Part shown: positions 25,855 to 39,695 of the stretch, piece by piece
Numbering within the stretch: the first letter of the stretch is position 1
Layout: the number at the start of each line of letters is the position of its first letter
Origin: the human T2T-CHM13v2.0 reference genome, Homo sapiens
Assembly: GCF_009914755.1 (NCBI RefSeq)
Contig: NC_060944.1
Strand: one strand, 5' to 3'
Length of the DNA stretch: 64,000 bases
Translations under genes and position numbers: made by a program
Notes under the pieces: model-generated
Database searches by the model: none
What the model saw: the letters and a program-made list of their open reading frames with translations, nothing else
Told to the model about the DNA's origin: nothing

Positions 25855-27650
25855 TGATTTCAGCAAGATGGTGGAACAGGAAGCCCCAGGTCCTTCCCCC
25901 ATGGAGACATTAACTTAACAACAATGTATAAACCACATTGCCTTTGTGAGAACATCAGAAACCAGTTGACAGGTTACAGGACCCCAGGTGAGTACAACAC
26001 CAAGAAGAGACACATTGGAGGAGGGAAGAACATTTGTTGGACTTACCTACTATATCCCATCCTCCAAACTCATGGCTTCTCCTTCAGGAGGAAAAGAAAA
26101 AGGCAGAACATGCACCCAATGCCTGGATTTTGGGGGTGCTTCTCAGGGGACTGGTTGCTTTCTTGCCTGACCTAGAATGCTGGTGGGGAAACAGCACACT
26201 TTGGATACCTGGGGGCCACTGAGAACCAAGGCAACAGTTCTGCTTGCTACACCACTACCAGAGAAATTAAAGCATCACAGACAGACACCAGGGGGAGCTA
26301 CTGAGTAGAAACAGGCACACCACTTCAGCTGGGAAATTATACCTGTAGGCCCAGAGATGATGCAACCGCTGGGAAGATTTGAGAGGCCTGCAGAATCTCT
26401 AGTGGGGCTAATTGGAGAAGATGTTCCCTGTCTGAAGACAGTCCATAGAGACTGGGAGAGGTGTTTGTTTTTTCAAATGTCCACATATCAACAAAATATC
26501 GTAAGACATACAAAACAACAACAACAAACAAACAAACAAGAAACAGGAAAACATGGCCCAATAAAAGGAAAAAATAAATTAATAAATCTCCAGTAACTGA
26601 CCCAAAAGAAATAAAGATTTATGAATTACCTGAAAAAGAATTAAGAATAACCATCATAAAAATGCCCAATGAGCTATAAAACACACACACACACACAGAC
26701 AACTAAATGAAATCAGGAAAACAATATACAAACAAAATGAGAGCATCAGCAAAAAGAAACTATAAAAAAGAACTAAACAGAAAATCTAGGGCTAAAGAAC
26801 AATAACTGAATTGAAAAATTCACCAGAAGGGATCAACAGTATACTGTATCAAGCAAAAGAAAGAATCAGCAAACTTCAAGACAGGTTATTTGAAATTATC
26901 AAGTCATAGGGGTAAAAAACAAAAAGGATGAAGAAAAGCAAAGAGCTATTAAGAGACATATAGGATACGATCAAGTGGACCAATGTACACATCATGGGAG
27001 TTCAGAAGGAGAAGAAAGAAAGGACAGAGAGCCTATTTGAAGAAATAATAGCCAATATCTCCGCAAATTTGAGGAAGGAAATGGGCATACAAATTCAAGG
27101 ACCTCATATAACTCCAAATACAATTAATCCAAAGAGACCTTGCCATCAAACACACTATCATCAAACTGTCAAAAGTAAAGACATGAATCTTGAAAGCAGC
27201 AAGAGAAAAGTGATTTGCCTCATACAAGAGAAAATCCATAAGATTATCAATGGATTTCTCAGAAGAAGCCTTGCGGGCCAGAATGGATTGGGATGATATA
27301 TTCAAAGTGCTAAAAGAAAAAACTGACGGCCAAGAATACTGTGCAGAAAAACTGCCATTCATTAATCATGGGGAAATTAAGATTTTCTCAGATAAATAAA
27401 AGCTGAGAGAGTTATCACCACTAGGCCTGCCCTACAAGAAATACTGAAGAGAGACCTTCAAGTTGAAACAAAAGGATTCTAGAAAGCCAAACAAAAGTAT
27501 ACAAAAATATGAAGCTCTCTGGTAAAGGTAAATACATACACAAGTATAGAGTCCCATGGTATTGTGATGTTAGTGCAAAATCACTTAATTCTGGTATAGA
27601 ATTTAAAAGACATAGGTATAAGCAATAACTATAAATTATTGATGAGTAAA
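25855..27650 (+). mobile_element. Ancient L1M 5'UTR plus decayed ORF1
   Basis: caagatggtggaacagg 5' start; ORF 26994 (MGVQKEKKERTESLFEEIIANISANL) resembles the ORF1p RRM; multiple frameshifts and stops; no ORF2. Confidence 0.85.
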
Positions 27651-28610
27651 GAGAAATCATCTTAGAGGCTTAGGGCACAAGAGATCCTATGAAAAGCCAC
27701 TATGGCTATTCTCATAAGAGATTCCATTTTGAGCAAAGTTGCCCAGATGGAGATGAGGGAGATTGTCAAAGTTTAAAACATTATACAACGTTGGAAAATA
27801 AGATTAAGACAGCTAGTAACTTTGAAGATATCTGTTTAATAATCACATTAATAACAGTAAGTTTGGAGACAACAAGCCACCCAAATTCTCATGAGATCCA
27901 TCTATGTTTGACTTAAATGATCAAAATGACTTGAGATATATGAAATTAATTTGCCAAGTCTATTTCTGTAATCTTCAGGTCATCTGCTACTTACACTGAC
28001 CAGGTAACTCTAGCTTTGTTTTGAAAGAAGGTCTGATGGTGAAATTAAATAACAAGTTAGGATCAAGGAGACCATTTGAGAGAGAAAAGGATCTAAATTC
28101 TAGTTCTAGAATGGAATCCCAGACATAACATATAACTGACCCCAATTATTCTTTAGCTAAAAGGTATCCTTTTCTACAACAGGATTGCAGTCATTCTTTT
28201 CCAATTGACTCAGCAATATATAACCTCTTTTTATTATTTAACTTTATTTTCATAGCTCTGACATAAGCTAAACTCCATTTAATCCAAAAGGATTTTTAAA
28301 GTGTCTATACTGGAAAAGACTACAATGGAAAAGGACTGACTTTGTACCTAGAGCAGGCCAGGATGAAAACATACCCTAGGACCAGAACAGCAAGGAGGGA
28401 TGGGTTTCAATGGATGGTGCTCTGAAAACAGCCTCTTGAAATTTAGATGCTGGCCCTTGAACTAATTGTATGGGTGGAGCACATTAGCTGCTTCAGAATA
28501 AAAACCAATTATATTAACAACCACCCTCATTATGCAGGACATAATCACCATGACCATGTCAATATGTGTGTGGAATATGGATTTTAAGTATTTTATTATG
28601 AAAGTATTGT

Positions 28611-28912
28611 GTGTTGGGCACAGTGGCTCATGCCTGTAATTGTAGCACTTTGGGAGGCTGAGGTGGACAGATCACTTGAGCCCAGGAGTTCGAGACCAGC
28701 CTGGGCAACATGGTGAAACACTGTCTACAAAAAAGAAAAAGAAAAAAAGAAATACACAAATTAGCGTAGGCTGGTAGTACCACATGTAGACCCAGCTACT
28801 TGGGAGACTGAGGTTAAGCCTTGGAGATGGAGGTTGCAGTAAGCTGAGATCACACCGCTGTGCTCCAGCCTGGGTGACAGAGTCAGACCCTGTCTCAAAA
28901 ATGAAAATAAAA
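28611..28912 (+). mobile_element. AluJ
   Basis: atcacttgagcccaggagttcgagaccagcctgggcaac; agaccctgtctc; flanks share tattgtg. Confidence 0.88.
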
Positions 28913-29011
28913 AGATATTGTGAATATTTTGCGAAGTGTTGTAAGGACATATCCATCAAAGAATGTCTAAAATAAAGCCAAAATACATCAACTTTTATTT
29001 TTTTTTAAGTA

Positions 29012-29320
29012 TAGGTGCTCCTTGACTTATCATGAGATTACATTCCAATAAACCTATTGTAAGTTGAAGATATTATAAGTTAAAAATGCATTTTCTACAT
29101 CTACCCTATCAGTTGTTTACACTCATGGTCACGTGGCTGACTGGGAGTTGTGGCTCACTGCCACCGCCCAGCATCACGAGGGCATTGTACTGCACGTTGC
29201 TAGCCCAGGAAAAGATCGAAATTCAAATTTTGAAGTGTGCTTCCTACTGAATGCTTATCACTTTCTCTCCCTAGTAAGGTAAAAAAATCTTAAACCATCA
29301 TAAGTTGGGGACTATCTCTG
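29012..29320 (+). mobile_element. MER47/Tigger-type (Tc1/mariner) internal-deletion element
   Basis: taggtgctccttgacttat...ataagttggggactatctctg terminal inverted repeats flanked by TA. Confidence 0.75.
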
Positions 29321-29338
29321 TATCTGTGTGTATGAGTG

Positions 29339-29341
<3 letters not shown>

Positions 29342-29373
<32 letters not shown>
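29342..29373. repeat. (GT)16 microsatellite
   Basis: Direct observation. Confidence 0.93.
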
Positions 29374-29377
<4 letters not shown>

Positions 29378-29404
29378 AACCACAATTTTTTAAAAGTTTT
29401 TCTA

Positions 29405-29590
29405 AAATGTGGACTTCAGACTCTGGGAAATGTGAGTCTGGCTCTGACTCCGCTGTTCTCAACTGTGGGACCTTGGGTAAGTCTTTCTGCTGTCCTAAGC
29501 CTCTGTTTCCTTCTCTAGAGAATGGCAGTAACCACACACACCTACACAGGATTGTTGGAAGAGTTAGATTTGTCAGGCTCATTAAAGACA
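29405..29590 (+). mobile_element. MIR
   Basis: ctgtgggaccttgggtaagt...ctaagcctctgtttcc. Confidence 0.65.
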
Positions 29591-29772
29591 CTCACTCCCC
29601 ATGCACAGCCTCAAGTGCAGGGTTTTGGCGCACCAGCTGGCCTAAGGAAAGCAAACCTTTCTTCTCTCAGGAAAAGAATTGGAACCCCTCCTTTAGAACA
29701 CTAACTGTGCATGGAGTAGCTGGAGTCGGCAGCACCTGGTGCCTGGCATGCGAAGTTCCATAGCAGGGTAGG

Positions 29773-30205
29773 TGTATTAGCTTCCTATCACCTCTATCAC
29801 AAATTACCATGAACTTAGTGGCTTAAAACAACCCAAATTGACTCTCTTACAGTTCTGGATGTTAGAAGTCTAAAATCGAGGTGTCGGTAGGAATGTATTC
29901 CTTCTGGAAGCTTTTGGAGAGAATCCATTTCTTTGCTTTTCTCAGCTTCTAGCGGCCACCTACCTTCCTTGACTCGTGGCCTCTTCCTTGTATCACTCCA
30001 CCCTCTTGTTTCCATCATCACCTCTCTCACTCATCCCTCTGATCCTCCTTCTTCCCTCTTGTAAAGGACCCTTGTGATTACATAAAGTTCACCCAGATAA
30101 TCCAGGCTAACCTCTCTATCCCAACATCCTTACTTACTTCTGCAAAGTCTCACTTACAATGTAAGCTAACATATCATCAGATTCCAGGGATTAGGATATT
30201 CAACT
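29773..30205 (-). mobile_element. MLT1C/D-type LTR
   Basis: tgtattagcttcctat...cttagtggcttaaaacaac...cagattccagggattagga. Confidence 0.82.
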
Positions 30206-30674
30206 AGTCATACCAGGCACTGTGTTTTTATAGGAGACCATCAAACAGATTGTATACACCACCACTGAGCTCAGCACAAGGGAAAAAGAACAACTCTGCT
30301 GCAGGATAGGTGTCCCTGACAACAGCTCTGGCATGCTGAAAGGCTCTAGGCACCCCGTCCTAGAAAGTCTATTAAACAATGCCAGGCCTGGTCCTCCAAC
30401 TCTTAGGGCTGTTTGAATTCAAGAACTGGACCATGTAGACTTTGCCTCCTATGCAGAAATTTGCCTTCACAGCGAGTTGTAAGCTCCTACAAGATACGGA
30501 CAACTTTCCATTTTATTTTTACTACTTGAGAAAAATAGTTTTTTTAATAAAATGCATGTAAGCATGGACTTTTGAGTCATTCAGCTGGCTCCATTGCTGG
30601 GCATGTGCAGATTTATCAGTTTACCATGATCTTTGGCTTTCCACATCTGTAAAATGGAGACAACTTTATGTAGC

Positions 30675-31385
<711 letters not shown>

Positions 31386-32014
31386 AGCACCCTTCTTAAG
31401 GAGTTGTGTGAGAATTACATTAATTAAAGCCTGCAGAGGAAAGTCCCTAGAATGATGCCTGGCAATCATAAATATTCAATAAAATGCTGCTGGTGTTACT
31501 GTTTGTAAAGGAAGTTGTCCAACACTCCCTCCCACCTCTTTCTATATCTGCCATAAAATAGTTCACATGTTTATAAGAAAAAAAATTCTTGTGCCTTCCA
31601 TTTCTTTTCAAGTTCCCTACTCAGCATTTATTTTTATAGGCATGGCCATTCCTAAATACTGAGACATCGCCAGTCAAAGGGGAAGCATTTTCAGCTTGTG
31701 CTCCATGGTAGTGGTGTTTATGTGCTATTTAAAGGGAAGCTGCCTATCTCTTTGAAATGCTTATTATCAAAGCATGCCTGAGTCAACTTTTCCAGTGCAG
31801 TAATGCTGGCTTTGATTTTCACAGACCACTTTTGATATGATTAGCTCGTTCTCTCCCACTCCTGGGAGCCAGCATCTTCTCATTTACAGATGCTAGTTGC
31901 CCAGCGGCCACCAGAAATTCTGCTGGGGAGACTCTAGTTCATTTAAGGAGGAAACAAAGGGCTTTAAAATATATAGATCCAAAGCACTCCTACAGTGTTC
32001 ATCAAAAGGCTTGT

Positions 32015-32450
32015 CCCAAAATGTTCATATCAGTTTTAATAATAATAATACCTCAAAACCAGTAACATTCCAAATATCTATCAATAGGGAAATCAATGAA
32101 CAAATCTAATAGTGCTCAACAATAAAAAAGAGAAAATTATTGATACACATAACTTAAATGAAGCTCAAAAATATGCTGAGTGAAAGAAGCAAGCACAAAA
32201 GTATACAGTATGATTCCACTTATATGAAGTTCTAGAACAGTGAAAACTAATCTACAGTGAGAGAAATCCAATCTGTGGTTAGCTGGGTGGGGATAGATGA
32301 GGTGATTGACTGGAAGCCGGGGGGGACACTTTTCTGTGTGGTAGAAATGCTCTATGTCTTGACTGAGGTGATGGTTGCAGGGGTATACAACATCTTATAT
32401 GAATAAATTTCACTGCTTATAAATGATACCGCAAAAATTTTATTTAAAAA
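32015..32450 (+). mobile_element. L1ME-type 3' end
   Basis: atgctgagtgaaagaagc...gtatgattccacttatatgaagttctagaaca...aaaactaatctacagtga. Confidence 0.8.
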
Positions 32451-33009
32451 CCAATCAACAAATAAAACACCATCCAACCAAGATAGAAGAAATTTAATTA
32501 TCTTCACAGTGCGTATGTTTAGGAAAAAGATATTTGACTACATTTTTCATATTTGTGCATGCTATGTCATAGACACAGCCTATTTCTAACTCACTGATGG
32601 CTGTAAAATGTACCCAACTTGAGTAGAGGATCTATCTCTTTCTGTGAAGAATCTCACTGCTGGTTCTCAGAACAGACACTTACCTCCCCTGACTACAAGC
32701 TCGTTGAAATAACAGCCTGATACACAAAGGGGAGGGATGAGTCCATCATTGCCCAGATACCAATAATGCATAGCGAGAGTAGTCTAGAGTTTTTAATGAA
32801 TTTCTAGAGAACAGAAATAAGATGTGGTTGTATTGATCCAGAGTATGGAAATCCTTAAACTAAAACACACACAGGAAAAAGCTGAAGTGGGGATGAGGGA
32901 CATGAATCCTAGAGGGTCTCTCTGAGCTTAAAGCACAGAATCAGAAAATTTGGTGTGTGAGTAGGTTGATGAAGAAGGAGTAATCAGGGTAATTAATTAA
33001 ACAAATCTT

Positions 33010-33895
<886 letters not shown>

Positions 33896-34512
33896 CGAGT
33901 AAATGGATCAGTTGGTCCTTGCTCATCACTATTAATAGACTAATGGCTTTCCCAAGACAGTACCAGAAAGATGCTCTTTAAGGCAAAAGAAGGTATGTCT
34001 AGGGAGGTTTGTAACTGAGAGAGAAAAAAGGGATGTCTTTCAACTTTCACAAGGTTCAATATTGCAGAGGTCTAACCAGGAGCCAAGCACACTTAAGTAT
34101 TACATTCTCTCTTTTATTTTGGCTTTTGAGCCTACCACACTGACCACACACCCTACAGTGAAGCTTGCCAGTCTACACATCCTATTTACCTCCACAGAGC
34201 CAGCAATCAGCCTTCCTGTTTGGAGGAATTTGGGCAAATAGACCTATACACCTGCAAAGAACACTCACACTAGCTGCCACATCACTCATCCTGGCCACTA
34301 ATCCATATGTATAAGTCTGCTTCCTCAGGCTACCAGGCATCTAAGGATCCTTCCCAAAGGAAGGACCAAAATGGGTAAACAGAGCAGCTGTCTACCAAGT
34401 AACCGAAGATAATTCCAGTAATAGAAATCAACTTCTTAAAAGTTTTAATTAGTATTCTCAGAGAGCTTCACAGGGATATTGAAGCCATAAAACAAGAACA
34501 AGCCGCTATTTA

Positions 34513-35104
<592 letters not shown>

Positions 35105-35510
35105 CTATTTGGCTCCACAGTGAGCAATATTCGCGTACTGGTAGTAATAATATAACTGCTATTTATCGTTTAATCCACATTTAAAGGAATCCTTAGATAA
35201 GGCATAGACAACTGAAAGAGGATGACGGATTAGAATGTAAATGTTTTCAGTGTTGACAATATAAGAATCAAGTTATATCTAAGAAAAGATTAAAAGTGGA
35301 AGATGGAGTGAGGAGGTGGCTGGAAGATAAGAATGTGAACATTTTTGTTCTACCTAATATGGAATCGAGAGATACTCCCGAAAGCTAATGGTATGTGACA
35401 CAGAGGGGAAAGCTTCAAAGATAGTAGTCCTAATAATTATAACTATCAAATAGATTAGGAGTATAAGAGAATGCAGGACATAATATAAATTAGCTAAACC
35501 TTCATTTTTC

Positions 35511-35766
35511 TTTTTTTTAAATTTTATTTACATGTGCAGAACGTGCAGGTTTGTTACATAGGTAAAGTGTGCTGTGGTGGTTTCCTGCATCTATAGACCC
35601 ATCCTCTAAGTTCCTTCCCCCTCATCCCCCACCCCTCTACAGACCCCAGTATATGATGTTCCCCTCCCTGTGTCCATGTGTTCTCACTGTTCAACTCCCA
35701 CTTAGGACTGAGAACATGCAGTGTTTGGTTTTCTGTTCCTGTGTTAGTTAGCTGAGGATGATGGCT
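35511..35766 (-). mobile_element. L1PA 3' end, antisense
   Basis: catgtgcagaacgtgcaggtttgttacatagg...gctgaggatgatggc; TSD TCATTTTTC. Confidence 0.88.
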
Positions 35767-36109
35767 CATTTTTCATAGTGGGATTCAATAGATGATACCA
35801 AAAGTAGATAAATCTAGAAAGGCCTATTATGATTCTTTTATTTGGCATTATATAAATAAGAACTAAAAGACTCCAAAATGAAAATAAATAAAAGTGTATA
35901 CCGCTGGGACATAGGAGGGATGAGACAGGGAAGAGTTGTTTTTCATTATCAACCCTTAAGTATTATTTAATTTCATAATATGTGCAATTTAATTTTATTG
36001 AATATGGGAATAAAGTCCTTAAGATACCCACTTGAGGAACTCATTTTCAAATACCCAAGAAAGGAGGAGTGGAGTGAGGGAGAGGAGAAGCAATGAGAGT
36101 AGCTGTCAC

Positions 36110-36286
36110 TTATCATACAGACTTTATTACATGCCAGGCAGTGTTCTAAACCTGTTACATATGTCAATGCATTTGATCCTCATAAAGACCTTGAGAGGGT
36201 GCTATTATTATCCCTATTTTTGAAGATGAGGAAACTGAGGCACAGAGACATAATTAATAGCTTGCTCAAGGCCAGACAAGTAGTAG
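36110..36286 (-). mobile_element. MIR interrupted by LTR12C
   Basis: attatccctatttttgaagatgaggaaactgaggcacagag core. Confidence 0.85.
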
Positions 36287-37750
36287 TGTGTCCAGAATTG
36301 GTGGGTTCTTGCTCTCAATGACTTCAAGAATGAAGCCACAGACCCTCGCGGTGAGTGTTACAGCTCTTAAGTTGGCACGTCTGGAGTTGTTCGTTCCTCC
36401 CAGTGGGCTCGTGGGCTTGCTGGCTTCAGGAGTGAAGCTGCAGACCTTCGCAGTGAGTATTACAGCTCATAAAAGCAGTGTGGACCCAAAGAGTGAGCAG
36501 TAGCAAGACTCATTGCAAAGAGTGAAAGAACAAACCTTCCACGCTGTGGAAGGGGACCCCAGTGGGTTGCCACTGCTGGCTCCGGCAGCCTGCTTTTATT
36601 CTCTTATCTGGCCCCACCCACATCCTGCTGATTGGTAGAGCCCAGTGATCTGTTTTGACAGGGCGCTGATTGGTGCATTTACAATCCCTGAGCTAGACAC
36701 AAAGGTTCTCCACCTCCCCACTAGATTACCTAGATACAGAGTGTCCACACAAAGGTTCTCCAAGGCCCCACCAGAGTAGCTAGATACAGAGTGTCAATTG
36801 GTGCATTCACAAACCCTGAGCTAGACACAGGGTGCTGATTGGTGTATTTACAAACCTTGAGCTAGATACAGAGTGCTGATTGGTGTATTTACAATCCCTG
36901 AGCTAGACATAAAGGTTCTCCAAGGCCCCACAAGAGTAGCTAGATACAGAGTGTCGATTGGTGCATTCACAAACCCTGAGCTAGACACAGGGTGCTGATT
37001 GGTGTATTTACAAACCTTGAGCTAGATACAGAGTGCCCATTGGTGTATTTACAATCCCTGGGCTAGACATAAAGGTTCTCCACGTCCCCACCAGACTCAG
37101 GAGCCCAGCTGGCTTCACCCAGTGGATCCCGCACTGGGGCTGCAGGTGGAGGTGCCTGCCAGTCCGGCGCGCTGTGCAGCCGCACTCCTCAGCCCTTGGG
37201 TGGTCGATGGGACTGGGCGCCGAGGAGCAGGGGGCGGCGCTCAATGGGGAGGCTCCGGCCGCACAGGAGCCCATGGAGTGGGTGGGAGGCTCAGGCATGG
37301 CGGGCTGCAGGTCCCAAGCCCTGCCCCGCGGGAAGGCAGCTAAGGCCAGGTGAGAAATAGACAGCAGCGCCGGTGGGCTGGCACTGCTGGGGGACCCATT
37401 ACACCCTCCGCAGCCGCTGGCCCAGGTGCTAAGCCCCTCATTACCTGGGCCGGCAGGGCCGGCTGGCCGGCTGCTCCGAGTGCGGGGGCTGCCAAGACCA
37501 CGCCCACCCGGAACTCCAGCTGGCCCGCAAGCGCGGAGCGCAGCCCTGATTCCCGCTGGCGCCTCTCCCTCCACACCTCCCTGCAAGCTGAGGGAGCCTG
37601 CTGGGGCCTTGATCAGCCCAGAAAGGGGCTCCCACAGTGCAGAGGTGGGCTGAAGGGCTCCTCAAGTGCCTCCAAAGTGGGAGCCCAGGCAGAGGAGGCG
37701 CGGAGAGCGAGCGAGGGCTGTGAGGACTGCCAGCACGCTGTCACCTCTCA
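36287..37750 (-). mobile_element. LTR12C (ERV9) solo LTR, 1464 bp
   Basis: Minus strand reads TGAGAGGTGACAGCGTGCTGGC...CCAATTCTGGACACA; exact 4-bp TSD GTAG (36283-36286 / 37751-37754); GC-rich 5' U3 followed by CCAAT/GATA tandem repeats. Confidence 0.95.
36560..37080 (-). promoter_or_regulatory. LTR12C U3 enhancer/promoter (NF-Y CCAAT array, AATAAAA TATA-like box)
   Basis: Eight ATTGG motifs between 36631 and 37043 plus TAGATA motifs; TTTTATT at 36594-36600. Activity is inferred from the family, not shown here. Confidence 0.6.
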
Positions 37751-38035
37751 GTAGCGGTAATGCAGGCACAAGTGTGTCATTTTTTTATCTTTCCTAACAA
37801 GACATCAATACAAAACAAGATACAGAAGTGGAAGCAAATTATTAAGGGTTAGTTTACTGACACCTGAAATAAGGAAAAGGAGAAATTTTAAGAATGCTGA
37901 CCCCTGGTGAGGAAGGCTGGGGTGAGGCAAGGAGGGGCCAGAGATTTTTTTACTTTTATTTTATACTCAGTTGTCCTGCTTGATTTTTTTTAACTGTAAT
38001 TGTCAATATCATTTTTTAAGCAAAAATATTTTTTG

Positions 38036-38308
38036 TCACACCTGTAATCCTAGCACTTTGGGAGGCCAAGGAGGGCAGATCAGTTGAGGTCAGGAGTTCA
38101 AGACCAGCCTGCCCAACATGGTGGAACCCCTTTTCTACTGAAAATACAAAAATTAGCCAGATGTGGTGGCGGATGCCTGTAATCCCAGCTACTCCGAAGT
38201 GTGAGGCAGGAGAATCACTTCAACCCGGGAGGCGAAGGTTGCAGTGAGCCGAGATCATGCCACTACACTCCAGCCTAAGTGACACAGCGAGAATCTGTTT
38301 CAGAAAAT
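38036..38308 (+). mobile_element. AluS, slightly 5'-truncated
   Basis: tcacacctgtaatcctagcactttgggagg...gaggtcaggagttcaagaccagcctg. Confidence 0.9.
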
Positions 38309-38629
38309 ATATATGTATTTTTATTTTTATGTCATACAAAACCTACAATTATCACTGAACTTTTAAGTTAAAATCAGATAGAAATAGGAAGAAATTGATA
38401 AAAACTTAATTTATGACCCTTTTGTCTCCTAAGATTGGAGATACAATTTGTATGTTTGCATGACTTTTGCAACCAAATGCACCCTTAGGAAATTTGACTT
38501 AAATATTTTATTATGTCAGGTGTTTGCTTCATTTGAAGGAAAACATATTTAAATTTTCTTGCCAGTACTTCTATTCAGTTTTTAAAGTGCAGTAATTAGA
38601 TTTTACCAGTCTTGTGCATAAGATACAAA

Positions 38630-38895
38630 ATGAGACTATCTGACTTTTAGTGCCACACCATAAAAGACTATATGGCTTCTGCCTGTTCTCTTGGGACACT
38701 TGCATTTGGAGCCTGAGCCCCCATTTAAGTTGTCTGATTACCCTGAGGCTGCCCTACTAAGGAAGCCCTGGCCTCAAGTTCAGCCCATATACCCATCTGA
38801 GATCTCTGTCCACAGTCAGTGTCAGCCACCCATCATTCTGGCAAAAAAAACCTTCAGATGATTTCAGCCCCAAGCCTCTGAGTCTTCCCAGCTAT
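38630..38895 (+). mobile_element. MLT1 fragment
   Basis: ccataaaagactatatggcttctgcctg...ccttcagatgatttcagcccc. Confidence 0.5.
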
Positions 38896-39199
38896 AAAAT
38901 TAAACCCAGCAATTCCACACATCTTGTTTTATGCTGATGGGACTCTCAAAGTAAATTTTTATTATAAATATAAAAGGGATATTAAAACAGATCTGCTGTA
39001 TAAGCAGAGATGGATAGCAGCGCTGCTGGTGTGTGGACTCTGAGATAATCCTGAAGCATGTACAAAATGCGCTGTGACTTCTCGAAATCTCATCCACACG
39101 GATGGGGCTTTCTTCACTGTTGTGTGGGACTGGGGAGTGCTAGGGTATTTCTCATTTTTTATTGTCTCACATCTATTAGCCTCATGGGGTGCAGCAGGA

Positions 39200-39470
39200 G
39201 GGAGCAGTGGTCTCAGTCCCTATCTCATGTTAGAATTACTGGGGGGTATTTTTAAAACCCCAGTGGCTGGGCCACAGCACAGCTCAGCTAAATCAGAATC
39301 TCTAGGGGTGGGACCCAGGCATGAGTATTTCATAAAGCTTCTAGGTGATTCCAATGTACAGCCAAAGTTGAAAACCAGGGCCTCCCTGAAAGAGTTTGAT
39401 TCAGAAGGTCTGGGGTAGGTGGGCCCGGGAATCTGTACTTAACAAAGACACCCAGGTCATTCTTACAATG
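39200..39470. mobile_element. MER5-family elements (two adjacent pieces)
   Basis: aaatcagaatctctaggggtgggacccaggcat...ctaggtgattccaatgtacagccaaagttgaaaacca; tgattcagaaggtctgggg. Confidence 0.72.
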
Positions 39471-39514
39471 ATGTAAGTTAGGGTCTTACCTCAACAAGGG
39501 ACTAACGATGTGCA

Positions 39515-39695
39515 CTCTGCAGTAAGTCAGACCTGGCTCAAAACGTAGTCCTATCACTTTCAAACTATGATCCTCACTAAGCCTTAGTTTTCTCATCTGT
39601 GAAATGGGAATATTAAAAGTTTGTAAGAAAAAAAAGGCATGTAAAGTGCTGAGCACAGTGTTTGACACTTAAGAACCAATTGTTAAATGTTGGCT
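39515..39695 (+). mobile_element. MIR
   Basis: aagccttagttttctcatctgtgaaatgggaata...taaagtgctgagcacagtg. Confidence 0.78.

Noticed and set aside
26994-27296. L1 ORF1p-like ORF as a domesticated gene
   Set aside because: Frameshifts out of homology after a short stretch and is surrounded by stops; a neutral fossil.
36600-37080. Regularly spaced ~40-bp repeats superficially like a CRISPR array
   Set aside because: No unique spacers, eukaryotic context, and these are known ERV9 U3 enhancer repeats.
37008-37754. Cluster of 100-190-aa GC-rich ORFs and CpG-island-like sequence
   Set aside because: Entirely within LTR12C U3; not a gene or host CpG-island promoter.
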